Below are positions 24,215 to 37,493 of a stretch of DNA of 64,000 bases, piece by piece; position 1 is the first letter of the stretch, and every line of letters begins with the position of its first letter. The position numbers and the translations under genes were made by a program. Under the pieces are notes generated by a model, which saw only the letters and a list, made by a program, of their open reading frames with translations, was not told the DNA's origin and made no database searches. The DNA is taken from positions 1 to 64,000 of the forward strand of contig NW_021833231.1 in the NCBI RefSeq assembly GCF_006345805.1, read 5' to 3'. The stretch comes from Octopus sinensis. Lineage: Eukaryota.

Positions 24215-24690
24215 GAGTTTTCTTTTTGTAGAAGAGCGTAGGCTCAAAACGTAAGACTTTTTCAGTTCCTGAGCGCTATACTAATACATCTGTTTATTTT
24301 GTACACCACCTAGCTTTGTCTTTTGTTTTTCTTCGTAGACTTTCCCTATACATCAACTAAGCTAAATTGAACTGTCTAAAGTTGAAAGACACCTGTTGTT
24401 TTTGTCCTGTTATTATTATTATTGTGTATTTATATTCGTGTGGCATCGTCCGTTTTTCTGTCTTTGCTTCGTATACATTCGATCCTTTTTCCAAGAAATC
24501 TAATATTTGTAGCTTAGTTTTTCCTTGGGGCTGGCCGGATCGGAGCGATCTCCAGATTAATCGGCCGAAATTGCGAGGATGATCCGGTTCTTGACTGAAG
24601 ATTAGAGGCTTCGAATGACCCGTCCGTTTTTTTGCGTCGTCTATTTGAATGTTTTGCGTTCTTGTCCGATTTTGTATTTATATATATATT
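24215..24690 (+). repeat. Cluster of short (TA)n-associated repeats
   Basis: 24215-24345 matches 30940-31100(-) and 48470-48580; 24375-24690 matches 47225-47575 in reverse. Confidence 0.7.
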
Positions 24691-24693
24691 TTT

Positions 24694-24764
<71 letters not shown>

Positions 24765-26974
24765 GTATGTATGTATATATACATTTGTAAATATATATGT
24801 ATATTTTTCTTTGATTTATACTTTGCAGAATTCAAGGCCAGTCGCATACAAAGTGACAAGGCTCTTGTGTAAGTGAAAACAGTACTTGTGGTTTGTGAAT
24901 ATGTAAATTGGTTGTGTGTGCGTATGCGCATGCGCTCTCGTATAGTACGTGTACGTATGTGCGCGTGTCACTTTAGTGCGCATGAATGTGTATATTTCAT
25001 TTCTGTTTATGTGTACATGTGTGTATTCTATATGCACACGTGATTGTGTGCATATGTTTGTCTAGTAACCTCAAATGGAGAATTCCTGGAACGTTCTACA
25101 CAGTTTTCACTCTACCATTAATCGATGGCATTTAGAGAATGCGAATCAGTTTGCTTTAGTCTTTCGTTTCATTTTTTTCTTGATAAAGAATTCCTGATAT
25201 TTCAAGTCTTTTAGTCAAATCTATGGTTACGTAACCCAGTGCACCAATGATTGTTGGTGGAAATGAAAATCAAATATCTCAGACGTAAGAGCTGGAAGTT
25301 TCTCATTAATTCTCCATAGGCGTAAGAGCGGCTGTGTGGTAAGTAGCTTGCTTACAAACCAGATGGTTCCGGGTTCAGTACCACTGCGTGGCACCTTGGG
25401 CAAGTGTCTTCTACTATAGCCTCGGGCCGGCCAAAGCCTTGTGAGAGGATTTGGTAGACGGAAACTGAAAAGAAGCCCGTCGTATATATGTATATATATA
25501 TATATATATATATGTATATGTATATGTGTGTTTGTGTGTCTGTGTTTGTCCCCCTAGCATTGCTTGACAACCGATGCTGGTGTGTTTATGTCCCCGTTAC
25601 TTAGCGGTTCGGCAAAAGAGACCGATAGAATAAGTACTGGGCTTACAAAAGAATAAGTCCCGGGGTCGAGTTGCTCGACTAAAGGCGGTGCTCCAGCATG
25701 GCCACAGTCAAATGACTGAAAAAAAATAATATAGTAAAAAGAGAGAGATGTTCTCTTTCTAAGTATATCGCTTTTTCCACGTAAGAGGTTCTATGGATGT
25801 GTATCATGGCAGTATATTCAAGCAGTCTTTATATTTACAGGAAGTAAATGGTATAATATCTGAACCAGGCAATAAAACGAAGGTGGTAGGTGTCCTATAT
25901 TATTCAACAATTAGAAACTAAACCCGGAAATTAAAAGTAATTATTTCATCTAATGAATATCTATGATCTGAAAGAGAAAGCTACGAATACAATAATTATA
26001 TCCTTTGTTAATTATTACATTTATAGATATGCTTATCTAATTACCAAGCATTTGTCTCTTAAAATCACGACTTCATGCTATCGCTTCATATTTTGAATCA
26101 GGTATAACTTCTTACATAGATTTCACCTTAACATTCGCTGACCTTGCTTACTCATATAAAACATTTACTATATTAGCTATTAAATATTGCATTTTGCCGC
26201 TGGTTATTTCATACAAAACTCTTATATAAACGGCAGTGGTGTTATACAGACATTTTGTCCACAAAAACCGATGTTTCAATAAGTGTATTTCAATATCTTT
26301 GCATTCTCTCTTTGGAGGTGTGTGAAACGTTTTGGCGGGGCCTCTCCTTTGGCGTCGCTGATTCAACGCTGGCTTATTTGACATCAGATGTTTTAATGTT
26401 TCTTTCGTTCTCTCCCTCTTCTCTTTCCCCCCTCACCCTCTTTCTTTCTCTCTCTTATCTTTTTCTTTCCCCCTCCTTCTCCCCTTCTCTTCTATCTTTC
26501 CTACCCCCTCTCTCTCTCTTTCTCTTCTCTCTTTCCTTACCCCCTCTCTCTCTCTGCTTATATCTGTAAGCAAATGTCTCTTTAGGCGCATGAGAGGAAG
26601 GAAAGTGTTTGTCACTCGTGTTCAATTAATAAATTGTAATGGCTATCTCTCCCTCTTTCTTTCTCTCGCCCTCTCTGTCACTCTCACCGTCTCTCTTTCC
26701 CTCACGCTCTCTCTCTCTCTCTCTCTCTCTCCCTCTTTCTCTCTCTGTGAGAACATATTTCTCTTATATGTACGAGGAGAGGGAAAGTGTTTATGCCAAC
26801 TGTGATTAAGGACTTGCAAGCTCACTGTCTCTGTCTCTCTGTCTATCTCTGTTTCTCTCTCTGTCTCTGTCTTTCTCTCTCCCCGTCTCTGTCTCTTCGT
26901 TTATGTCCTTGAGCAACTAGTTATGTTGCTATGTGTGATTTCTCTCCTCTCTTTCTCTCACTTTCTCTATCTTT

Positions 26975-27140
26975 ACAGGTTTGGGTTTATACCTGTAATT
27001 ATTGGGGCACTGCCTAAATGCCAACCTTGAGAAATTAGGCTTCTCAAAACCAGAGAGGAGAAAGCTGATTCGAAGACTAAAGATTCAAGCCATCACCGGA
27101 ACTGTAAAAATCTGTAAAACTTTCCAGAAGTCTATCATTT
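26975..27140 (+). pseudogene. C-terminal fragment of an RLE-type non-LTR retrotransposon; relatives at 27893-27970, 28025-28102 and 33380-33580(-)
   Basis: Translates as F.F.PVIIGAL..NLEKLGFSK..I....GTVKICKTF, a PIxIGALG-type motif. Confidence 0.65.
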
Positions 27141-27859
27141 AAGTATATATAAACATATAAGGCGGCGAGCTGGCAGAACGGTTAGCACGCCGGGCGAAAT
27201 GCGTAGTCGTATTTCGTCTACCGTTACGTTCCGAGTTCAAATTCCGCCGAGGTCGACTTTGCCTTTCATCCTTTCGGGATCGATAAATTAAGTACCAGTT
27301 ACGCACTGGGGTCGATATAATCGGCTTAAATTCGTTTGTCTGTTCTTGTTTGTCCCCTCTATGTTTAGCCCTTTGTGGGTAGTAAAGAAACATATATAAA
27401 CATGTCTAGACATGCAACTATATGCATAAGAATACATACATTAAAAATAACATGCACATCTGCATGGATACATACATACAAAAATACCCTATTGTTGAAA
27501 TTTCAATGAAAGAGCCTTGGATCTAGGTTAGAAACTAGTTCTTGCTCTATTGGCAAGAAATCTTGAAATAAAACTGAATAATGACATACATGCACAGAAG
27601 ACAGACAGACAGATAGACGGGTAGTGCTATACTGACCTACGTACTGTTGTCTTGAAATCTGGGGTGTCCAGTGTGAAAATGTTTATTTAGAAGATTATAG
27701 AGCAAAATCAAGAATAACTGGAAGAAAAAAAAAACAAAACAAAAAAAAACTAGAAGTTTCGAGAACTGAGAAGATGAAAACGAAGAAAATGATGAGAGAC
27801 CACCGACAATGATAGCAAGAACAATAACAGCAATCCATCCGTTCACCCATTCGCTACCA

Positions 27860-29120
27860 CGACGACGACGACGACCACCACCACCACCACCACTTGAGGA
27901 ATGTACAGCTACACTATCCAGATTACAAGTTCGGGTTTATACCTGTAATTATTGGGGCACTGCCTAAATACTACCACCACCAATACCACCACCACCACCA
28001 CCACCACCACTACCACCACCACTACTTAAGGAATGTACAGCTACACTATTCAGATTACAAGTTCGGGTTTATACCTGTAATTATTGGGGCTCTGCCCAAA
28101 TACCACCACCACCATCAGTACTACAACGAAGACCACCATCACTACCACCAATACTATGATCACCATTAACACGACTACAATCATCCCCACCGTAACCGCC
28201 ACCAGCGCCACCACCACCACCACCACTACCGTCGCCGCTGCAACATCACTACCAAAGGATCTAAGAATAAAGAAAATAAAATAAACAAAAAGCAATGGAA
28301 GAAGATGAAACGAAAACTAACACTAGAGAGAAAGAAAATGGCCGCCAAGAAAAGAGGAAAGATGGCGGCGAATGAGAAGCGAATGAAAGGACATTAACAA
28401 CAGCAACAGCAACAACAACAACAACAATAATGATGACCGGAAAACAATAGCAACAGCAACAACTGTGATAATGACGGAAACAACAACAAGAAGAAGAAAG
28501 GCGACGACGAATTGTGGAAGAAATTATGTTGTACGATTTAGATGAGGAAAATTGATGAAGAAAAGTAATAATAATAACCATTAGCGCTACCATCACCACC
28601 ACCACCTCCGGCTTCCACTGCAACCATCGCAATCATTATTACCGATGACGCCACCGCCGCCGCCGTCACCGCTACCGCCACCATCATAACCATCACCACC
28701 ACCATTATCATCATCGCTACTATTATCACCACCCGCACCAGCACCACCACCACCACCACCATCACCATCACTTTGATCACCATTGCCGCTGCCGCCGCTG
28801 CTACCACCACTACCACCACCACCACCACTGCCGCTATAAACACCAGCACCCCCAGCACCACCACCAGCGCCGCCGCTATAAACATCACAACTACCACCAC
28901 AATCATCACTACCACACCACCATTACCGGCATCAACACCACCACCACCACCACCACCACAAGAACAACAGCAACAACATCTACCACTACCACCGCCGCCG
29001 CCACCACCATTACTATTACTTAGAACGCCATCACCGTCACTATCATCACCACCACCACCACCACCACCGTCACCACCACCACCACCACCACCGTCACCAC
29101 CGCCGCCGCCGCACGAAAAG
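27860..29120. repeat. Long (CAC/ACC/AAC)n low-complexity tract
   Basis: Imperfect trinucleotide repeats giving poly-T/P/H pseudo-ORFs. Confidence 0.9.
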
Positions 29121-29586
29121 TAAAAATATAAATATAATAAATAGAAGAAAATTACCGAAGAAGAATTTTTGGCAGAAGATTCAAAAATATTGGAAGAATA
29201 TTGGAATAAACGAGAAGGAAGCGTAAGAGCAGAAGGTAATTATAATTGGGGAAGCATGGTAACAACAACAAGAACAACAACATCATCATCTTTGTCAACA
29301 AGAACAACGACGTCATCCAGAAATAATATACTTACGAATTGCCATGTCGATGTAATTCTTGGTAATAAATCCTTATAATGTTGCTGCCATTTGGCGGGAT
29401 CTACTCTGTAACGAAGAGGAACATCAAATAGAAATCGGAGTGCATAAACAGTAGGTATGTGTATGCATGTATGTATATATGTACGCATGCGTGTGTGTGT
29501 GTATGTGTTTGTGTGTATACATATATATATATACATATATATATATGTATATATGTATATGTATATATATATATGTATATATATAC

Positions 29587-29630
<44 letters not shown>

Positions 29631-29729
29631 ATATATATATGTATATATGTATATATATGTATATATATATGTATATATATATATGTATATATACATATAT
29701 ATGTATATATATGTATATGTATATATATG

Positions 29730-29760
<31 letters not shown>

Positions 29761-29902
29761 GTAAACACAGACACACTCACAAATACAGAAAACAGGTAAA
29801 CAGGTAAACAGGTATGGTATGCGATGCTTTGCAAAACATACGCTTGTTTCAGTAAATAACCGTTATGATTACATAATCGCTGTTGAAATATATGTTTATA
29901 TC

Positions 29903-29934
<32 letters not shown>

Positions 29935-31025
29935 TGTGTGTGTGTGTGTGTTGTGTGTGTGTGTGTTTGTATGCATGCACACAGTATGAAGACAGAAAAT
30001 TAGAATATTATGCAAAACTGGATATTTGTTGTCAGTTAGGTCGGCAGCTGAAAATTCTCAGTTGCATTAATTCTTTAATTCTTATCTGATCTGTTCCTAG
30101 TATTTTTCTTAATATAATCTAGTATTTACGATCATTCAAATCTAATATCACAAAATGCCTGAATGTACAACCCATATCATTATAATAGAGTAAATTGATC
30201 AAGAATTGGAAGAGAAATACAGAATATCAATTAGTGTTTGGAAAATCTATGACTTCAATAATAGCCTGAATATTTTGTACCGAGGCTTACTTCTGTTCAA
30301 TTTCCGAACCATACTCAAACTTCCCCATTTCGGACCACGACCTACCGTACAGCCATAACAGGTAACGTGTCACTATAAAAGAAATTAACGCCTATGTGAC
30401 TATGGCTCGACCAATCAACACTAGCTGACTTGTTTGGCTCGACCAATCAACACTGGCTGACTTGTCACAGTTGATGCAGCAAACATCAAAGGAAGTGTGC
30501 AAAATTTCTCAGCTTGATCGAGGTTTCAGCAACATTTGGCTTACCATTATAAAAAACTGTCGAATTTTATCTCAGGTTAGAGCCACTTAACCGTACAGAC
30601 GAAACTAACCTATGTCTCTGCTCAGAGTGCTTATCTCTCGCCATCTTTAACTTTTTATGTTTAACAGGATTGTGAATTGTAATGTCGAATCAAATACATT
30701 GAACATATGCTGTATTTTAATTCTTATTTATTTCGTCTTCAATAACTATGAATTAATTTGCAAGCTACATCAGTAAATAAATCTGAAATCACACCGTGAC
30801 TTTACGGATACACACACCACACACACTATATATATTATATATATATATATATTATATATATATATATATATTATATATATTATATATATCAATATTATAT
30901 ATATATATATATATTATATATATATATATATATATAGGGAGAGTTACGAAAAAAACCAAAGACGAAGACAGGTGGTGTACAAAAAAACAGATGTATTAGT
31001 ATAACGCTCAGGAATAAAAAAAAGT

Positions 31026-31061
31026 CTTTTACGTTTCGAGCCTACGCTCTTCTACAGAAAG
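31026..31061 (-). ncRNA. Hammerhead-like variant, loopless stem III, atypical core
   Basis: Minus strand reads cttt-CTGTAGA-A-gagc gtag gctc-GAAAC-GTA-aaag; U at position 6 is non-canonical. Confidence 0.4.
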
Positions 31062-31128
31062 GGACACAGAAAAAAAGGATGAGAGAAAAAATGTGTGTAG
31101 TGGCTGGTATGTGTGTATATATATATAT

Positions 31129-31180
<52 letters not shown>

Positions 31181-31246
31181 TATATATATGTATATGAAAA
31201 AACAAGTCAAGATAGAAAATGCTAAAATATTTTATAAAGAACATTT

Positions 31247-31285
31247 CAATACCGGTTTCAGTCCATTTTGAGACCTTTTCAACTG
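31247..31285 (-). ncRNA. Minimal hammerhead motif, U3-A8 core variant
   Basis: Minus strand reads cag-TTGAAAA-ggtct caaaat ggact-GAAAC-CG-GTA-ttg; weak stem I; palindromic ACCGGT stem III. Confidence 0.5.
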
Positions 31286-31447
31286 TAACGATTAAATAAT
31301 TAAATTTAGAAAAATTAAAAGAAAAGTTTTTTTAAAAGAATATTTGTATAGTGTTCAAATATAAGTGGCATTTTCCTTGTTTCTGCCTTTCTCTGTCTCT
31401 CTTGTTTACATATATATATATATACAGGCACATATGGTCAGAACTGG

Positions 31448-31902
31448 TGTTGGTGTTTCTTTTTCTTCTTTGGACCTTTCCGTTTTCTTTTCCGACGAAG
31501 AGCTATGCTCGAAACGTCAAAATTTTTTCCCGAGCTGCAAACTAATACATTCCATGTGCACGTCCTGTGGTTTGTTATTATTTTTAATGTTCATTATTTG
31601 GTTTGATATATTATAAATATATATATTATATATATATATATAATATTGCTGATGGTCTGAGAAATAGTTGAGATGGTAAACGGTTTTAATTTTCATTCCT
31701 TTCGAGAATTTATCCTTTTTGTGGTTTTTGAGATTTCTACTGTTCTTTCTAGCACAACGCTTTCCTATTTGGAAGCCCTATTGTGTTTCTATATGAATAA
31801 TATATAGTCTAATGGCTAATTCGATTTTTGCTAAGCCACTGGTAATAATAATTTATTATTACCCATTTATTATGTTTTAAAATATATTATATTATATATA
31901 TA

Positions 31903-31942
<40 letters not shown>

Positions 31943-32104
31943 TCAAACAAATAAATGAACATTAAAAATAATAATAACAAACCACAGGACATGCACATGG
32001 AATGTATTAGTTTGGAGCTCGGGAAAAAACTTTGACGTTTCGAGCATAGCTCTTCGTCGGAAAAGAAAACGGAAAGGTCCAAAGAAGAAAAAGAAACACC
32101 AACA
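31448..32104. mobile_element. Pair of ~160-bp inverted repeats, each carrying a hammerhead-like motif
   Basis: About 31448-31605 is the near reverse complement of about 31942-32104; motif tttt-CCGACGA-A-gagc tat gctc-GAAAC-GTC-aaa at 31488-31522(+) and 32031-32064(-). Confidence 0.7.
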
Positions 32105-32401
32105 CCATGTTAGGATAGAATGGTCGTGGGGAGTGAAGTGAACTGCATGCTGGGCTTCATTTTCCTGTTACAGTTTTCATACTGTTGGGGGATGGAGTTG
32201 GCCTTTAATATTTAATCGTTTAATTATTGTTTGGTGTGAATGATAATTGATTCTATTGATGAAAAATGTGTGCGTATGCGTGTGAGACAGAGACAAAACA
32301 CATTATCGATGACTAGGATGATATAATTCCAAAAGACCAATCCTTTTTTATACTAACTAATGATCTACACCTAATTTCCCTAGACTAATTAAAAGTGTCC
32401 A

Positions 32402-32446
<45 letters not shown>

Positions 32447-34014
32447 CAAACACAACCCCACCATACATACTGCATCCAAGAAAGGTTATTGCTATAAAAT
32501 CAACTTTAAGTCAGTAGCCTTTTCTGGATGTGGTCCAGGACCCCTGTGTGTGCAGCAGCAGCGGCAGTAGCAGCAGTAGCAGCAGCAGCAGCAGCACTAT
32601 CATCGTCCCAGATTTGAAAGCACCACATCTTTTTAGGTTGTCAATAACTGTTGAGAATATTCCGTCGAAGTTGACTTTACCTTTCATCCTTTTGAGGGTC
32701 GATAAAATAAGTACCAGTCGAGTACTGGGGTTGATGTAATCAACTTACCTCTCCCCACTCCCCGAAATATCTGGCCTAGTGCCAAAATTTGAAATCGATA
32801 TTTGTTGGGAACTGAAGTACGTATCTTCTGGCCTCGAAGGGAAGCGTTAATTTCTCCAATGCAATCTTAGCTATGTTTAGAATATTGTTTCGACAGAAAA
32901 GAACATCCTTGATAACGAGGCTCAACATTTGAATCGTGGGTGAGGGCCTCCAGTTGCGTGCTAAGTCGACCTCGGCGGAATTTGAACTCAGAATGTATCG
33001 GCAGACGAACTACCTATTTCTTTACTACCCACAAGGGGCTAAACACAGAGAGGACAAACGAGGACAGACAAACGGATTAAGTCGATTACATCGACCCCAG
33101 TGCGTAACTGGTACGTATTTATTCGACCCCGAAAGGATGAAAGGCAAAGTCCACCTCGGCAGAATTTGAACTCAGAACGTAGCAGCAGACGAAATACCGC
33201 TAAGCATTTCGCCCGGCGTGCTAACGTTTCTGCCAGCTTGCCGCCTAGGATTTTTCTTCATGTACGAGTACGTATATATTATGTGCACTATTTGGAGTCG
33301 GTACATATACAAATTTGTATGACTTGTTTTATGTATATATTCTCATGTATATAGTTGCATGTTTAGACATGCATACACATATATATATATATCAAATTCT
33401 GGAAAGTTTTACAAACTTTTACTGTTCCACTGATGGCTTGTATCCGTGATGTTCGAATCAGCTTTCTCCTTCCTGATTTTGAGAAGCCTAATTTCTTAAG
33501 ATTGGTACACAGGTAGCGTGTTACATATCCCAGTGCCCCAATAATTTCAGGTACAAACAGGAGCAACTGTAGATTTCTCAATAGTTCAATGTGAGTGTTT
33601 TCGTTTCTGCTTATGTATGTATGTATGTGAAGGCGCGTGGCCTAGTGGATACGCTGTTGCACACTCGAACGCTAGATCGTTTCGATTCCTAGACTGGGCG
33701 GCGCGATGTATTCTTGAACAAAATACTTCATTTCATGTTGCCCCTGTTTCCCCTTAGATCATAGCGAAATGTTGGCCTGCTCGCCTAGTCAGCGGGGGCG
33801 TGGCGTTATTTGAAGACTAAAACGATGCGAAACGCATTGTGACCAGCGATGTGCAACAACATCTGACAATCTGTTCGGTCACGTGATCACGTGATGTATG
33901 TAAGTATGTGCGTATAGGCTGTGTATATGTCTGAGAATAAACACCCTCATTCATGCACACGCATGTATGTGAAGTACAGAGACAAAAATACATTTCTGCT
34001 TTACTGTTTTACCC

Positions 34015-34660
34015 GGATCTTTTCGGTTTGAACGGCAGTTTTTTCTAGCGGTGTCATATGAAATTGTCACCCATAATTATGACCCTAGTATCGATCTATT
34101 GCATTTCAATCTCTTTTAGGGTTAGGGTTTGTTAGGGTTAGGGGTGGGGAAAGGGTATCTTTTTTTCTTCACAGATGTAAATAAACCCAATCTGTTTCTT
34201 AAACGAGGGACATATTCATACGGCACAGAATGTCTTTTTTTTTACCTAAATGGACGTCAGTAATTGGTTAAAATTGCCGAAATGCAAGAAATTAAAGACG
34301 AAATATGTTACAAACTATAGAATTTTCTCAATAAAGCCACGAGAAAATGATGTTTTATAAACACATTCTACCAGTATACGAAGTTTAAAATTTTTTAGTT
34401 ACCCAGAAATTATGTTAAAAACTGCCGTTCAAACCGAAAAGATCCCAGAATGCTTTTTACCTCAATGGACGTCAGTGATTGGTTTAAATTGCAGAAATTG
34501 AAGAAAAAAAACAACAAATATCTTACAAACTATAGAGTTTTCTCAATAAAGCCAAGAGAAAAAGATGTTTTATAAACACATTCTACCAGTATACGAAGTT
34601 TAAAAGTGTTTAGTTACCTAGAAATTATGTTAAAAACTGCCGTTGAAACCGAAAAGATCC
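34015..34660 (+). mobile_element. GGATC-TIR element with 8-bp TSD and duplicated 3' end
   Basis: 27-bp TIRs; TSD ttttaccc at 34007-14 and 34661-68; extra internal right TIR ending about 34445. Confidence 0.9.
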
Positions 34661-35129
34661 TTTTACCCTTAATCAAGATATATATTAGGACTTTTATGAT
34701 CCGCTAGGCTAATTCTGGGGGCTTAATTCCGTATGTATATTGAATTCTCTTTTAGCGCACGCAATATAATGATTCCGCAGCGAGTGGAAAATTATTGACT
34801 AAATTGATTATTCGATAAAATCAATAAATCTAATCAATTAAACATTCGCTGGAGGTGATTATGTGAATCATATTAATGTGAACGAGAGTAGAAACAAAAC
34901 GAGTTGCGAAAAGGAAAAGAAACCAATGTTAAAACTCTAATCTTCGTGACAAACATCTAATCCGAGCAACCTGTGAAATGCAAATGCGAAACAGAAAAAT
35001 GAAAGAGCTTTCAACAAATACAACAAGTGCAGTACTGGTCTATTCAGTTCCGTGGTAAACGTGGTCCTTGTGGAGAAATGAACATAATGAAACCCGATAA
35101 AAATTTTGCAAGAATATGGAAAAACAAAT

Positions 35130-35191
<62 letters not shown>

Positions 35192-35197
35192 ATATAA

Positions 35198-35238
<41 letters not shown>

Positions 35239-35278
35239 ATATATATATATATGTAATATATATGCATATAAAGTGTAT

Positions 35279-35316
<38 letters not shown>

Positions 35317-35333
35317 TATTGTACATATAATAT

Positions 35334-35366
<33 letters not shown>

Positions 35367-35551
35367 TCTATATATATATATATATATATAGATGGTAGAT
35401 TTTGTGGATGTATAAATCTCCATGCTCTTTATCACTATATAATATAGTTGCCTAATAGTGGTTTTATCTCTAATTTAATTTATATATAATATATATATAT
35501 ATATATATAACATATATATATATAATGTATATATATATATATATATATATG

Positions 35552-35611
<60 letters not shown>

Positions 35612-36396
35612 ATATGTATGTGTAAACATATACATATATATGTATAAATGCCCTTTGAAGAATTTGTAAGCCTTGGAAATGTTATGCCGTAGTTTTAGAT
35701 ATGGAAAAATTAGTGAGTGAGAGAAAGAGAGAGAGAGAGAGGGAGAGAGAAAGGGAGGTTGGGAGGAAGGGATATTTTTTGTTATTAAAAGTATATTTTG
35801 TTTATGTATTTTTTATTCATTTATTTTTAGGGATTTTCGTTTCGTTTTGTTCCTGGGTTTTGCCATTCAATTGAATCACAAGACTTTATTATGAAAGAAA
35901 GTTATCACTGCACGTGCGTAGGCGCGCATGTCAGTGCATGTGGGTATGTGTGTGTGCGTGTGTGTGTATGTGAGCATGTGTATGTATATGTACGTGTTGT
36001 TTGTGTATGTGTGTGTGTGTACGTGCGTGCAGTGTATATATATGTGGGTGCTTGTATGTGGATGCATATGCGTACGTGCGTGCTCATGTGCGCGTTTGCA
36101 CATGTGCGCATGTGCGTCTGTGTCTGTATGTATGTGTAAAAGTATGTTTATGCATGTGCGTATGTGTAGGCATGCGGCTACATACATAATATGTACATAC
36201 ATACACAAGCTCACATACACACGCACACAATACACACAGACATACTGAAAGCAATGAACACAAAATCAAAGAAGACAGCCTAGGTGGGATAAAGTTTTAA
36301 TAAATATATTAGTTTAACGCTAAAGAGAAAAGGAAATAACGTGTAAGTATGTTTATGCATTATATATGATATATATATATATATATATATGTACAT

Positions 36397-36437
<41 letters not shown>

Positions 36438-36459
36438 CATTATACACATACACATTATT

Positions 36460-36522
<63 letters not shown>

Positions 36523-37493
36523 CCGGTTCTCGCAGAGGAAGGATGTGTTTGCTTTTGCTCTGTGAAAAAACAGAAAGGTTGCATAAATCGGCGAAATAAT
36601 CTACTGAAAGTAACATAAAGTAACAAAACGTAGAACTTTGTTAACTCATAAAGTCTACTAAAATACATTTATTAAAAATATATTGATCAAAAACATAATA
36701 TATTTTGCCTGAAGCCAAATGTAATACAGTAGGTTTTTTCGCCGAAAACGCACATGGTGGCAACTCATTAAATTAATTTATCTCCTGTACGAAAGAAAAA
36801 GAAGCATTTTCCCTGTAAAGGAAAAGTAATTCCGTAAAGCACGAAGGTCTTGGACTGTACCGTTCATGATAAGTATTGTTTTCATATTCTATTTCATATT
36901 TTATTTATTATTTTATTTCCCTTTAACTTAAGCTAGCATCTCCGTTAAAATTTACGAAGCCATCTTTGTTTACATTCTGAGAATAACTCTCTTTCAATTT
37001 CTGTTTCGCTCTCATACGTTTATCTTCTCGTAATTAGTTTTAGAATTAAATAACTCCTTCTTTTCCCCATTTTAATATATTTTAATATATTTTCCTCACT
37101 TTCTTCTACCTCCTCTCTCTCTCTCTGTATGTGTGTGTATGTATGTATGTGTGTGCACGTGTATATATACGTATATATACATAGACGCGAACTTTAATAA
37201 TCTTTCCGTCTCTGATTCAGAATCTATCATTTTCTATTTCAGCTTTCCTGTTAATAATCTTTCATTTTCTTAATCTTTCATTTTTATTTCAGCTTCGTAA
37301 CCTCCTCACTTTCTTTTCTTTCTCCCTCTGTCTCTTTACTTCTCTCTATCACACCATCTCTCTTCTTTCAGCCGTTCAATTTTTCCCAGTCTCTTCACTT
37401 CTCCACTTCTCTCTGTCACACAATCTTTCCTCTCTCAGCCTCTCAATTTTTCTAAATATATAGTCGCGAACTTTCCTCTCTTCACTATCTTCC

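Noticed and set aside
24570-24625. CTGAAGA...CGAAT motif and its relative near 47315-47360
   Set aside because: No consistent stems I-III; the two copies disagree in the putative core.
27161-27250. tRNA-like sequences with A and B boxes
   Set aside because: These are SINE heads continuing into SINE bodies; no complete cloverleaf or terminator.
29240-29834. Long Ile/Tyr/His/Thr/Val-rich ORFs here and at about 35000-36700, 48400-51400 and elsewhere
   Set aside because: Translations of (TA)n, (TG)n, (TATG)n and (TCTA)n microsatellites, which lack stops in some frames.
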